64,000 nucleotides of DNA from Nitrospirota bacterium (GCA_004298335.1 SCTG01000015.1:6092-70091); one strand, 5' to 3'; shown: positions 22,095-30,893, counted from the stretch's first letter. Numbers and translations are program-made. The notes: generated from the letters alone by a model not told the origin.

Positions 22095-23744
22095 ATGGCT
22101 GAGCACAATCTCTGGTCCGTCGCCTTTCCGACCCTCGCCGAGGCCCAAATCAGCGACCTCGCCCGCTGCGCCTCCGCGACGCCGAGGTTGTTTCGCGACG
22201 GGCAGACGCTCTTTGCGGTCGGCGACCGCGACTTCCCGTTCTTTATCGTCAAGTCGGGCGAAGTCGAGATCGTCGATCACTCCGGCGACGTGCCGAAGAC
22301 CCTCGTGGTCCATGCCCAGGGCAGTTTCACCGGAGATGTGTCGTTCCTCACCGGCAATCCGGCGGTGGTCAGCGGGGTCGCCCGGGGCGACTGCGACGTG
22401 TTTGAGATCTCGGGAGACGCCCTCCGGCGAAGCCTGAATCAGTGCCCGGCCGTCAGCGACATCATCCTCCAGGCGTTCATCGCCCGCCGGCAACTTCTGC
22501 GTGAATCGGCAGACTTTATCGGTCTGCGAGTGATCGGGTCCCGCTACTCCGCCGATACCTTCCGCGTCCGCGACTTCCTGGCCAAGAACCGCGTGCTCTT
22601 CACCTGGGTGGACGTGGAGACGGACCCGCAGGTGGACCAACTGCTCAAACAGTTCGGCGTCACCGAGGCCGATACGCCCGTGATCGCCTGCAGCAGCATG
22701 CTGCTGCTGCGCAACCCCTCGAACCGCGACCTGGCGGAGCGGATCGGCATCCGCCATCCGCTGGAGCAGACGGTGTACGACCTCGTGGTGGTGGGGGGCG
22801 GGCTGGCGGGGCTGGCGGCCGCGGTCTATGGGGCCTCCGAAGGGCTGCGGACGGTGGTGCTGGAGCGTACGGCGCCCGGAGGGCAGGCGGGCAGCAGCAT
22901 GCGGATCGAAAACTACCTCGGCTTTCCCACCGGCCTGACCGGGAGCGAACTGGCGGACCGCGCGATTCTCCAAGCGAATAAGTTCGGAGCACGCCTCTCT
23001 GTCCCTACTCCGGTTCTCCGCCTGGAGTTCGAGAAGACCTATTCCATCCTGCACCTGGACGACGGCGAGTCCGTCACCGCGAAGTGCCTCCTCATCGCCA
23101 CGGGAGCTGATTATCGCCGGCTGGGTGTCGAGGGGTGCGAGCGGCTTGAGGGGAAAGGCGTCTATTACGCGGCGACCGTGGCCGAGGCGCAGCTGTCGCG
23201 GGGAGCCCAGGTGGTGATCGTGGGCGGCGGCAACTCCGCCGGCCAGGCCGCCGTCTTTCTCGCTCAGTACGCCAGCCAGGTGCTGCTCGTGATCCGCGGC
23301 GATAGCCTGGACAAAAACATGTCCAGCTATCTCGCCCGGAGGATCGAGCAGACGGGCAACATCGAGGTGCTCTGCAACACGACGGTGCGCCGGATACAGG
23401 GCGATGGCTACCTCACCGCCGTGGGGATCGCCAACGGCAAGACCGGGGAAGAGCGGACGGTGGAGACACCGGCGGTGTTCAGCTTCATCGGGGCGGTGCC
23501 GCGGACCGACTGGCTGCCCCCGGAGATAGTGAGGGACGCGGAGGGATTTATCCAGACCGGGGCGGCCCTGGCGGAGTCCCCGCACTGGACCGCTCGTCGG
23601 CAGCCGTTCCTGCTGGAGACCAGCCGGCCGGGGGTGTTTGCCGCCGGGGACGTGCGGTCCGGCTCGGTGAAGCGCGTCGCCTCGGCTGTCGGCGAGGGCT
23701 CGATGGCGGTCCAGTTCGTGCATGAGTACCTCAAGGAGGTGTGA
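22095..23744 (+). CDS. Cyclic-nucleotide-binding domain fused to thioredoxin-reductase-like FAD/NAD(P) oxidoreductase
   Basis: Start at MAEHNLW (22095). cNMP-binding beta-roll text (FFIVKSGEVEIVD...GSFTGDVSFLTG). FAD motif VVVGGGLAGLAAAVYGASEG and NAD(P) motif VVIVGGGNSAGQAA. The canonical TrxR CATC position reads AATV. Confidence 0.85.
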   Translation: MAEHNLWSVAFPTLAEAQISDLARCASATPRLFRDGQTLFAVGDRDFPFFIVKSGEVEIVDHSGDVPKTLVVHAQGSFTGDVSFLTGNPAVVSGVARGDCDVFEISGDALRRSLNQCPAVSDIILQAFIARRQLLRESADFIGLRVIGSRYSADTFRVRDFLAKNRVLFTWVDVETDPQVDQLLKQFGVTEADTPVIACSSMLLLRNPSNRDLAERIGIRHPLEQTVYDLVVVGGGLAGLAAAVYGASEGLRTVVLERTAPGGQAGSSMRIENYLGFPTGLTGSELADRAILQANKFGARLSVPTPVLRLEFEKTYSILHLDDGESVTAKCLLIATGADYRRLGVEGCERLEGKGVYYAATVAEAQLSRGAQVVIVGGGNSAGQAAVFLAQYASQVLLVIRGDSLDKNMSSYLARRIEQTGNIEVLCNTTVRRIQGDGYLTAVGIANGKTGEERTVETPAVFSFIGAVPRTDWLPPEIVRDAEGFIQTGAALAESPHWTARRQPFLLETSRPGVFAAGDVRSGSVKRVASAVGEGSMAVQFVHEYLKEV

Positions 23745-23746
23745 TC

Positions 23747-24010
23747 ATGCCCCCAGCATCCTGCACCCACCTCAACCAGATCCGCGACGTCAAACCGGGC
23801 ACCGCCGGCTGCGAGGAATGTTTGAAAATGAAGGACCGATGGGTCCATTTGAGAATGTGCCTCACCTGCGGCCACGTCGGCTGCTGCGATTCTTCGAAGA
23901 ATAAGCACGCCACGAAGCACTTCCGCGCGACCAGCCACCCCATCGTCCGCTCCATTGAGCCAGGGGAGGACTGGCGCTGGTGTTATGCGGACGAGCTGGG
24001 ACTGGACTAG
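23747..24010 (+). CDS. UBP-type zinc-finger protein
   Basis: CTHL...C.EC...WVHLRMCLTCGHVGCCDSSKNKHATKHF is a zf-UBP pattern. AAGGAGG lies 7 nt before ATG 23747; a GTG at 23741 is an alternative start. Confidence 0.8.
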   Translation: MPPASCTHLNQIRDVKPGTAGCEECLKMKDRWVHLRMCLTCGHVGCCDSSKNKHATKHFRATSHPIVRSIEPGEDWRWCYADELGLD

Positions 24011-24523
24011 CTACTTGTGCTCGCCGAGGCTGCGCTCGTAGAGCAGCACTTTCCAGCCTTCTTCCTCGCTCAGGAATTGGCCGACGATGGGGAGCATGCC
24101 CGTGCCGGGGATCTGGCCGGTCTGCCCGAGGCTGCCGTTCTTCAGCACCCACATCATCTCGCCGGGCGTCCGCACCTTATTGAATTTCGGGTTGGTGAAA
24201 TTGCGCGGCTGGATAGGCAGGATCTTGGCGGCGCCGCCGTCGCCCTTGCCTTCGGGACCGTGGCATTGAAAGCACGTGCCCCGTCCCAGGAAAATGGCCT
24301 TGCCCTCCGCCAGGATTTCCGGCGTCGGCTGGATGGGCGGCTGCAGGGCCTTGGCGGCGACGCGGTCTTTTGTGGGCACGCGGGAGAGGGTGATGTCGAA
24401 CTCGCCGCTGGCCTGCCCGTACCCGGCTGGAGGCACTTCGGCATCGGCGAGACTTCCTCCAAGCGAGAGTGCGAATGCAAGAGCTGCGACGATTGTGTTG
24501 ATACTCGGATGACCACGCTTCAT
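24011..24523 (-). CDS. Mono-heme c-type cytochrome (secreted)
   Basis: Start MKRGHPS at 24523, preceded by AAGGAGG. Signal peptide and a single CFQCH heme motif. The longer track ORF is an N-terminal artefact. Confidence 0.8.
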   Translation of the reverse strand: MKRGHPSINTIVAALAFALSLGGSLADAEVPPAGYGQASGEFDITLSRVPTKDRVAAKALQPPIQPTPEILAEGKAIFLGRGTCFQCHGPEGKGDGGAAKILPIQPRNFTNPKFNKVRTPGEMMWVLKNGSLGQTGQIPGTGMLPIVGQFLSEEEGWKVLLYERSLGEHK

Positions 24524-24534
24524 TGAAACCTCCT

Positions 24535-25329
24535 TTACGATTGCACTGACGGTTTCCGCCGCACCGACCAGATCATGAACAGGCCCAGCGCGAGCATGGG
24601 CAGGCTGAGCGCCTGCCCCATCGAGATCAGGCCCGCCAGGAGCCCCAGGTGCGCGTCCGGTTCGCGGAACAGTTCCACGAAGGCCCGGCACGCGCCATAG
24701 CCCGCGATGAAGGTCCAGAACAGCGTTCCCGGCGCGCGCGGGCGGCGGTCCAGGGCCCACACCAGCGCAAAGAGAAGGACCCCCTCCAGGAACGCTTCAT
24801 ATAATTGAGAAGGATGCCGGCACAAGGGCCCGCCGCCGGTTCTGTCGAAGACCATGCACCAGGGCACGTCGGTCGCGCGCCCGTACAGTTCGCCGTTGAT
24901 GAAGTTGCCGAGACGGCCCAGGCCGAGCCCGATGGGAACGGCCGGAGTGGCCAGGTCGGCGATCGCATAGAACGCATGGCCTTTTCGCTTGCAGAAAACG
25001 CCGACCGCCACGATCACGCCGAGCAGGCCTCCGTGGAAGGACATGCCGCCCTCCCATACCGCAAGCAGCTTGAGCGGGTTCTCCAGGTAGTAGGGGAGAT
25101 TGTAGAAAAGGATGTAGCCAAAGCGGCCTCCCAGGATGACGCCGATGGCGGCATAGAGAAGGAGATCGTGCAGGTCGTCGAGCGACAGGGTCACTCTGCG
25201 GCTCGCGGCCCTGGCCTTGATCATGAAGAACGCCGTGGTGAGTCCGAACACATACATGAGTCCGTACCACCGGATGGCGATCGGGCCCAGCCTGAGGAGC
25301 ACGGGGTCAATGTCTGGATTCGGCAGCAC
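24535..25329 (-). CDS. lgt: Prolipoprotein diacylglyceryl transferase
   Basis: 264 aa. IRWYGLMY, GGRFGY, GMSFHGGLLG and RHPSQLYEA motifs are typical of Lgt. Confidence 0.93.
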   Translation of the reverse strand: MLPNPDIDPVLLRLGPIAIRWYGLMYVFGLTTAFFMIKARAASRRVTLSLDDLHDLLLYAAIGVILGGRFGYILFYNLPYYLENPLKLLAVWEGGMSFHGGLLGVIVAVGVFCKRKGHAFYAIADLATPAVPIGLGLGRLGNFINGELYGRATDVPWCMVFDRTGGGPLCRHPSQLYEAFLEGVLLFALVWALDRRPRAPGTLFWTFIAGYGACRAFVELFREPDAHLGLLAGLISMGQALSLPMLALGLFMIWSVRRKPSVQS

Positions 25330-25446
25330 GGGGGGCCATCCTACGGAGGTCGCGGGCTCTTTTCAAGTCCGTCGCCTTGACGAACGGGCGTCTTTCCGAT
25401 ACACAAAGAGACCGAGTGGGCGAAATGGGGGAGGAGGACGCGGAGC

Positions 25447-25617
25447 ATGGCATTGGAAGGAAAGAGGGCCTACACCCTGTATGACGCCATCCGGCGGGTG
25501 CTCGACCCGCTGAGACGTGACTGGGATACCTTCACGCCGGCCGAACGCGAACTGGTTCTCAAGGAAATCGAAGGCTTCATCAGAAGCGTGAAGACGGAGG
25601 AGACCCCTCCCAAATAA
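25447..25617 (+). CDS. Small hypothetical protein (56 aa, below the ORF-track cutoff)
   Basis: Read manually: ATG 25447 to TAA 25615-25617, giving MALEGKRAYTLYDAIRRVLDPLRRDWDTFTPAERELVLKEIEGFIRSVKTEETPPK. GGAGGAGG lies upstream. It fills an otherwise empty gap. Confidence 0.3.
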   Translation: MALEGKRAYTLYDAIRRVLDPLRRDWDTFTPAERELVLKEIEGFIRSVKTEETPPK

Positions 25618-25635
25618 CCTGCCGCCATTCCGCTG

Positions 25636-26148
25636 TCAGGGTTTTTCAATTTTGAGGATGGTGACCGCGACGATCACGTCTTTGCCGGCGAGCTGATCGT
25701 TTTCATCAATCTCCGCCGAGTCGCCGAAGATCTTCACGACACGGGCTTCGACGCCGGTCTCCTTGCTGCGGACCTTCGTGCCGACCTTTGTGCCGAGCGG
25801 GAGTTGTGCCAGCTTGACCGTGCGCCTCTTGCTTTCATCGTACGGGCCGCCCGCCTGTTCCGCCGTCAATGCGAATGTTTTCCGATCGCCAGGTCGCATG
25901 CCGGTAATCTCGATTTCCAGGCTTGGCCAGACGTCATGCTTGCCCAGAATGAATGTGAGCGGCGCTTTCTGCGCGGAGTTGATGGCCACCGTTTTGTCCG
26001 GCAGCGTGACCGTCATGTTCATGGTGACCTTCAGGCCATCCGCCACGGTCAACGGGCTCTTGGGGGTGGACTTGCAGGAAACCATCGAGCCGGGCAAGCC
26101 CGCCAGCACGATGCCCAACAGAATCCGGCCTGCGAGGCGGCCGTTCAT
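25636..26148 (-). CDS. FKBP-type (SlyD-like) peptidyl-prolyl isomerase lipoprotein
   Basis: Start MNGRLAG at 26148, with ATGA overlap onto the upstream stop. Possible lipobox around MVSC. The C-terminal IDENDQLAGKDVIVAVTILKIE parallels the SlyD/FKBP NHPLAGK...F.V.I motif. Confidence 0.7.
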   Translation of the reverse strand: MNGRLAGRILLGIVLAGLPGSMVSCKSTPKSPLTVADGLKVTMNMTVTLPDKTVAINSAQKAPLTFILGKHDVWPSLEIEITGMRPGDRKTFALTAEQAGGPYDESKRRTVKLAQLPLGTKVGTKVRSKETGVEARVVKIFGDSAEIDENDQLAGKDVIVAVTILKIEKP

Positions 26149-26945
26149 TTCTTGGGCTTCCATCCGCGGGCGAGTTTTTGGGCCTGGGCGAGCTGATCGG
26201 CGGTCATCTTCTTTGCGAGGAGGTCGCGTTCCTTGGCGGCGCTCTTGTCGCCGCGCGCCGCCGCAAGGCTCAACCACAGGTGCGCCTGGACGACATCCTT
26301 TACAGCGCCTTGCGCATTGGCGTACAGGAGTCCCAGGTTGTTCTGGGCTTCGGGGTCCCCTTGCTCGGCCGCCATGCGATACCAGCGAACGGCCTTGGCG
26401 TAGCTCTGCGGGACGCCTTGCCCGGTTGCGTAGAGCAGTCCCAGGTTGCTTTGGGCGTCGGTATCGCCCTGCTCGGCTGCGCGGCGATACCAGTGGACGG
26501 CCTCGGCATAGTCCTGCTTGACCCCCTGGCCTTTTTCGTACAACACCCCGAGGTTAAACTGGGCCATCGCATATTCCTGTTCGGCCGCGCGGCGATACCA
26601 TTGGGCGGCTTCGGCGTAGTCCTGCTTGACGCCCTCCCCCCTGGCATACAGCACGCCCAGGTTGCTTTGGGCGCTGGCCAGGCCCTGTTCCGCCGCCTTG
26701 CGATACCAGCGGGCGGCTTCGGTGTTGTCCTGCGGAACGCCCTTGCCGCTGTCGTAGATGAGGCCCAGGCCGTATTGGGCGTCGGTGTTTCCCTGCTCGG
26801 CCACCGGGCGCCACGCCTTCAAGGCGGTGGCGTAATCGCCGGCTTCGTAAGCCGCCATGCCTTTTTTGAAGTCGGCCATGGCCGGAGAGGCCAGGCAGTG
26901 GAGGAGCAGCGCAAGAACGGTCAGAAATCCAGCTAACAGTCTCAT
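26145..26945 (-). CDS. Sel1-repeat (TPR-like) secreted protein
   Basis: Start MRLLAGF at 26945, since the longer track ORF runs toward the tRNA. Signal peptide, then six or more repeats of AA.WYRKAAEQG...AQ.NLG.LY..G.GV.QDY. Confidence 0.85.
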   Translation of the reverse strand: MRLLAGFLTVLALLLHCLASPAMADFKKGMAAYEAGDYATALKAWRPVAEQGNTDAQYGLGLIYDSGKGVPQDNTEAARWYRKAAEQGLASAQSNLGVLYARGEGVKQDYAEAAQWYRRAAEQEYAMAQFNLGVLYEKGQGVKQDYAEAVHWYRRAAEQGDTDAQSNLGLLYATGQGVPQSYAKAVRWYRMAAEQGDPEAQNNLGLLYANAQGAVKDVVQAHLWLSLAAARGDKSAAKERDLLAKKMTADQLAQAQKLARGWKPKK

Positions 26946-27078
26946 TTCACCTGCTATTGTGATGCGCGTTGCGTAGGGAAGCGATTCTAGCACCTTCACC
27001 CGGCCAACTCCAGCGTACTGGTGGTATTGCATATCCCGAACCATCTGATCGAAGGTTCGGGTACGAGTAAGCTTGGTT

Positions 27079-27155
27079 TGGTGGCCCCGGCGAGAATTGA
27101 ACTCACGACAAACGGTTTAGGAAACCGCTGCTCTATCCAACTGAGCTACGGGGCC
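27079..27155 (-). tRNA. tRNA-Arg (anticodon CCT)
   Basis: The reverse complement folds as a cloverleaf: GGCCCCG-TA-GCTC-AGTTGGATA-GAGC-A-GCGGT-TTCCTAA-ACCGT-TTGTC-GTGAG-TTCAATT-CTCGC-CGGGGCC-A-CCA. The CCA tail is encoded. Confidence 0.9.
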
Positions 27156-27242
27156 ACGGCGCATGTGCCTGGGCAAACGGTACCACGCAAGGTCGTAGGG
27201 GTCAATGTGGCGCGGTGGTGAGACCGGTTCAGGCGTGATGCG

Positions 27243-28340
27243 CTAGCGGGCGAAGTCCTTGAGACGGACCGGCAGGCGTTTGGCACCCCAGTTTCCGGGC
27301 TGGGCGTCGAAGACGCCGGCGCAAGGCGCGCCGCAATACAGGCACAGGCCGTCGGGCGTGAGATGCCACTCCGTCATCACGTACCAGTCCCGGCCGATGA
27401 GCGTCCGCCCGCACTGATGGCAATAGGTGCTGCCGCCTTGCTCGTCGTGGACGTTGCCGGTGTACGCGTACCGGATGCCGTTTTTCACCGCGATGCGGCG
27501 GGCCATGGTGAGGGTGGAGGGCGGCGTCGGCGGCTTCTCCAGCATTTTGTAGTCCGGGTGGAAGGCGGAGAAGTGCAGCGGCACGTCCGGCCCGAGGTGC
27601 TCCATCACCCACTGGGTCAGTTCCTCGAGTTCCTTCTCCGAATCATTCTCGCCGGGAATCAACAGCGTGGTGATCTCGAACCAAACGTGCGTCTCGCGTT
27701 TGAGATAGACCAGCGTATCGAGCACCGGCTGGAGCTGGCTGGCGGTGGTCTGCTTGTAGAACCGCTCGGTGAAGGCCTTCAGGTCCACGTTGGCCGCGTC
27801 CATGTAGCGGTAGAATTCCGCCCGCGGCGCCTCGCATTGATAGCCCGCCGTCACGGCCACGGCTTTCACGCCGACCTCGTGGCAGGCCTGGGCGACGTCG
27901 ATGGCGTACTCATGGAAGATGACCGGATCATTGTACGTGAAGGCCACGCTCCGGCAGCCGAGCTGCTTGGCGGCTTTCGCAATCACCTCGGGCAAAGCCT
28001 CGTCGGCCAGGGTATCGATTTCGCGGGACTTGCTGATGTCCCAGTTCTGGCAGAACTTGCAGGACAGATTGCAGCCCGCCGTCCCAAAGGACAGGATCGG
28101 CGTCCCCGGCAGGAAATGGTTCAGCGGCTTCTTCTCGATCGGGTCCACGCAGAAGCCGCTGGAACGGCCGTAGGTCGTCAGCACGACCTGGCCGTGCTCG
28201 CAGGCGCGTACGAAGCACAGTCCGCGCTGCCCCTCCTGAAGTTTGCAAAAGCGGGGACACACGTCGCATTGGACGCGCCCATCGTCGAGGCGGTGCCAGT
28301 ACTTCGTCGGCACGACCGATGTTTTTGCTGGTGTGCTCAT
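27243..28340 (-). CDS. amrS: AmmeMemoRadiSam-system-type radical SAM enzyme (PFL-activase-like)
   Basis: 365 aa. N-terminal Cys cluster (CDVCPRFCKL...C), DPIEKKPLNHFLPG, and radical SAM motif GCNLSCKFCQNW. Confidence 0.85.
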   Translation of the reverse strand: MSTPAKTSVVPTKYWHRLDDGRVQCDVCPRFCKLQEGQRGLCFVRACEHGQVVLTTYGRSSGFCVDPIEKKPLNHFLPGTPILSFGTAGCNLSCKFCQNWDISKSREIDTLADEALPEVIAKAAKQLGCRSVAFTYNDPVIFHEYAIDVAQACHEVGVKAVAVTAGYQCEAPRAEFYRYMDAANVDLKAFTERFYKQTTASQLQPVLDTLVYLKRETHVWFEITTLLIPGENDSEKELEELTQWVMEHLGPDVPLHFSAFHPDYKMLEKPPTPPSTLTMARRIAVKNGIRYAYTGNVHDEQGGSTYCHQCGRTLIGRDWYVMTEWHLTPDGLCLYCGAPCAGVFDAQPGNWGAKRLPVRLKDFAR

Positions 28341-28354
28341 GATGAAAAATTATA

Positions 28355-29095
28355 TCACTTTGTCTCCGTGCCCGACGGGAAGTCCTCGATCGCCATCGCG
28401 ACGCTCTGATCCGCGGCCCGCTGCACGGCCTGCCGCAATTGCATGGCCAGGCCGGCTCGGTTGAGGGCCCAGAACGCCGACAGCGGCAGACCGGCCTCCC
28501 GCAGCGCCAGAGCCGCGTACTGGTGGCACTGGTGGAACAGGTGGTAGGGGCGTGCGGAAGGGTAGAATTTGGATCCGCCCGTCACGAGCAGCGGTTCCGA
28601 CGCGGCGATCGTCGCGCGCAGGTGGCGGCGGAGTCGTTGATAGCCGGTCTCGCTCAGGCGGATGACGAACACGTCGGACGGCGGCTGGGGCGTCCGCGCG
28701 GCCCAGATCCGCCCGTACAGGCCCACCTCGACAACGCCCGGGGACGGCCAGAAAAGCGCGCGCATGGCACCGGTTACTCCCTGGCGGCCTTCCAGGTACC
28801 AGCCCTGCTCGGCATAGCCCCATTCCTCGAACGCCGCTTTTTGGTCCAGCAAGGGCGCGGGCCTGGAATCGGGGCCCGATCCGGATTGTCGCCGCGGTTC
28901 CTCCAGGGCAAAGGCGATCATCGCGTGCCAGGTGTCGAGCGAGACCACGATCGTGCGGGTTGGGGCGTCCTTCTGGGGCGGCCACAGCTCCTGGACGGGA
29001 GCCGCGCAGCCGCCGACGGCAAGCAACAGGCCGGCAAGAAACCATGCAGAGAGTCGCGTGTGGCCGTGCTCGACCGCCATCCCGGCCTCCTTCAT
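28355..29095 (-). CDS. Putative lipoprotein, DUF2459/TIGR02117-like
   Basis: Lipobox AVGGC. WHAMIAF, EEWGYAEQGWY, ALFWPSPGVVEV and FYPSARPYHLFHQCHQYAALALREAGLP parallel the DUF2459 pattern as I recall it. Confidence 0.5.
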   Translation of the reverse strand: MKEAGMAVEHGHTRLSAWFLAGLLLAVGGCAAPVQELWPPQKDAPTRTIVVSLDTWHAMIAFALEEPRRQSGSGPDSRPAPLLDQKAAFEEWGYAEQGWYLEGRQGVTGAMRALFWPSPGVVEVGLYGRIWAARTPQPPSDVFVIRLSETGYQRLRRHLRATIAASEPLLVTGGSKFYPSARPYHLFHQCHQYAALALREAGLPLSAFWALNRAGLAMQLRQAVQRAADQSVAMAIEDFPSGTETK

Positions 29096-29167
29096 CGTCG
29101 GCGCAGACGATTATCTCATTGATCGCACAGAGTTTTCAGGGATAGGCGCAATTTATTTCGGGGAGAC

Positions 29168-29196
29168 TTGACAATCGTTCTAGTTAGGACTATCAT
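29168..29196 (+). promoter_or_regulatory. Candidate sigma70 promoter of the marR-headed block
   Basis: TTGACA (29168-29173), 17-nt spacer, TATCAT (29191-29196). The track ORF start at 29168 is actually the -35 hexamer. Confidence 0.45.
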
Positions 29197-29206
29197 CATC
29201 CGAACA

Positions 29207-29677
29207 ATGAGGCGGGCGATGGCGAAGAAGCCGACGATAGAACCAGGCAAGGACCCCTTCATGAAAGTGCTGCGGCCGCTTGTGGAGACATACTTTGTGC
29301 TCATGGACAAGGGCGCCGCCCACATCCGCTCGCTGGGGCTGACCTGCTCCCAGTTCGATGTGATCGTCACGTTGGGTGATACCGGGGGGATGACGTGCAA
29401 GGAGCTGTCGGAGCAGACGCTGGTCACGAAGGGGACGCTCACCGGCGTCCTGGACCGGCTGGCGAAGAAGGGCATGATCGTCCGGGTGCCGTCCCGTGAG
29501 GACCGGCGCTGCACATTCATCCGGTTGACGCCGAAAGGCGATGCACGGTTTCGCGAGGTCTTTCCGGCGCACATCAACTATATGAAGCCGCATTTCGAGC
29601 GGGCGCTCACGGCCGTGGAGGCCACGAAGTTACACGGGTTGCTGCTCAGGCTCAAGAACAGCTTCGAGAAAAACTAA
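29207..29677 (+). CDS. MarR family transcriptional regulator
   Basis: Winged-helix text: LTCSQFDVIVTLGDTGGMTCKELSEQTLVTKGTLTGVLDRLAKKGMIVR...DRR...LTPKG. An alternative ATG at 29219 has GAGG 6 nt upstream. Confidence 0.85.
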   Translation: MRRAMAKKPTIEPGKDPFMKVLRPLVETYFVLMDKGAAHIRSLGLTCSQFDVIVTLGDTGGMTCKELSEQTLVTKGTLTGVLDRLAKKGMIVRVPSREDRRCTFIRLTPKGDARFREVFPAHINYMKPHFERALTAVEATKLHGLLLRLKNSFEKN

Positions 29678-29692
29678 CCGGGGAGGAAGACC

Positions 29693-30136
29693 ATGAAGAC
29701 CCTATTTCAGACGGATGAGGCCTGGTCCGGTTTGATCCTTCGGGTGATGCTGGGGCTGGTCATGTTGCCCCACGGCGCCCAGAAGTTGCTGGGCTGGTTC
29801 GGCGGGTTCGGCTTCGCGGGCACGATGGGTTTCTTCACGGAGCAGCTGCACATCCCGGCTACAATCGCGTTTCTGGTGATCATCGGGGAGTCCTTCGGTA
29901 GCCTCGGCCTGATCCTGGGTTTCCTGACGCGGTTCACGGCGGCCAGCCTCTCCCTCATCATGGTCGGCGCGGTCGCGATGGTGCATTGGCCCAACGGTTT
30001 CTTTATGAACTGGTCCGGCAAACAGGCCGGCGAGGGGTTCGAGTACCACCTGCTGGTCATCGGCATGAGCCTCGCCTTGCTGGTCGCGGGTGGCGGCAAG
30101 TGGTCGGTGGACGGGGCGATCGCCAAGAAGCTGTAA
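29693..30136 (+). CDS. DoxX family membrane protein
   Basis: 147 aa with four TM segments. [25 protein letters not shown] is a typical DoxX opening. Confidence 0.85.
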   Translation: MKTLFQTDEAWSGLILRVMLGLVMLPHGAQKLLGWFGGFGFAGTMGFFTEQLHIPATIAFLVIIGESFGSLGLILGFLTRFTAASLSLIMVGAVAMVHWPNGFFMNWSGKQAGEGFEYHLLVIGMSLALLVAGGGKWSVDGAIAKKL

Positions 30137-30155
30137 GGAATGAAAGGAGACGGAC

Positions 30156-30893
30156 ATGAAAACGATTCCAAGAAGCACGGTGAAGCCGGCGATCGACATC
30201 CGGCGCGCCGGCGAGCGGTTTCATACGAAGATCGAGTGGCTCGACTCTAATCACAGCTTCAGTTTCGCGGACCACTACGATCCGGCGAATACGCACCACG
30301 GGCTGCTGCTGGTGAGCAACGACGACGTCATCAAGGCCGGCACCGGGTTCCGGACCCATCCGCATCAGGACATGGAGATCGTCACGTGGGTATTGTCCGG
30401 AGAGATCGAGCACAAGGATTCGGTCGGCAATAAAGGCATCATCTATCCGGGCCTCGCCCAGCGCATGAGCGCGGGAAGCGGCATCTGGCACTCGGAGATG
30501 AACCCGCGCGCCGACAAGGATGTCCACCTGGTCCAGATGTGGGTCCTGCCGGATCAGGAGCGGATCGCGCCCAGCTATGAGCAGCTGGACATCAATGCCC
30601 AACTGGATCGCGGCGGGCTTGTTCCGATCTCCTCGGGCCGGGGGCACGATGCGGCGATCCGGATCCGCCAAGGTGGGGCCGTCCTGTGGGGCGGGCGTCT
30701 CAAGCCGGGCGAAACCGTCCAGGTTCCCGATGCGCCGTTCGCGCATGTGTACATCGCCACGGGGGCCGCGGAGGTGGAGGGGGTCGGCCGCCTGGGGCCC
30801 GGCGACGCGGTTCGCCTGACGGCTGTGGGTGCTCCGCGCTTGACCGCGGATGCGGCAACCGGCGCCGAAGTGCTGATTTGGGAGATGAACTGA
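30156..30893 (+). CDS. Pirin family protein
   Basis: 245 aa. The cupin metal site HPHQDMEIVTWVL...H.E is typical of pirin/YhhW. Confidence 0.9.
   Translation: MKTIPRSTVKPAIDIRRAGERFHTKIEWLDSNHSFSFADHYDPANTHHGLLLVSNDDVIKAGTGFRTHPHQDMEIVTWVLSGEIEHKDSVGNKGIIYPGLAQRMSAGSGIWHSEMNPRADKDVHLVQMWVLPDQERIAPSYEQLDINAQLDRGGLVPISSGRGHDAAIRIRQGGAVLWGGRLKPGETVQVPDAPFAHVYIATGAAEVEGVGRLGPGDAVRLTAVGAPRLTADAATGAEVLIWEMN

Noticed and set aside
21995-22252. N-terminal extension of the radical SAM ORF to 706 aa
   Set aside because: The extension overlaps the divergent flavoprotein gene and its promoter region and has no family resemblance. MSTNAPVALVNMPF (21994) matches the usual start of such enzymes. The start at 22057 is kept only as an alternative.
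24008-24013. Back-to-back stop codons TAG|CTA of the convergent zf-UBP and cytochrome c genes, with zero intergenic distance
   Set aside because: The observation is real but probably just reflects genome compaction. No hairpin or other signal was visible around it.
26946-27242. tRNA-Arg(CCT) as an integration site for a genomic island
   Set aside because: I saw no integrase, no direct repeat of the tRNA 3' end, and no phage or IS genes on either side. The flanking genes look chromosomal.
29168-29206. TTG 29168 as start of the MarR gene
   Set aside because: That TTG is the first three bases of a TTGACA -35 hexamer, with a properly spaced TATCAT -10. The encoded MTIVLVRTIIIRT has no MarR counterpart.
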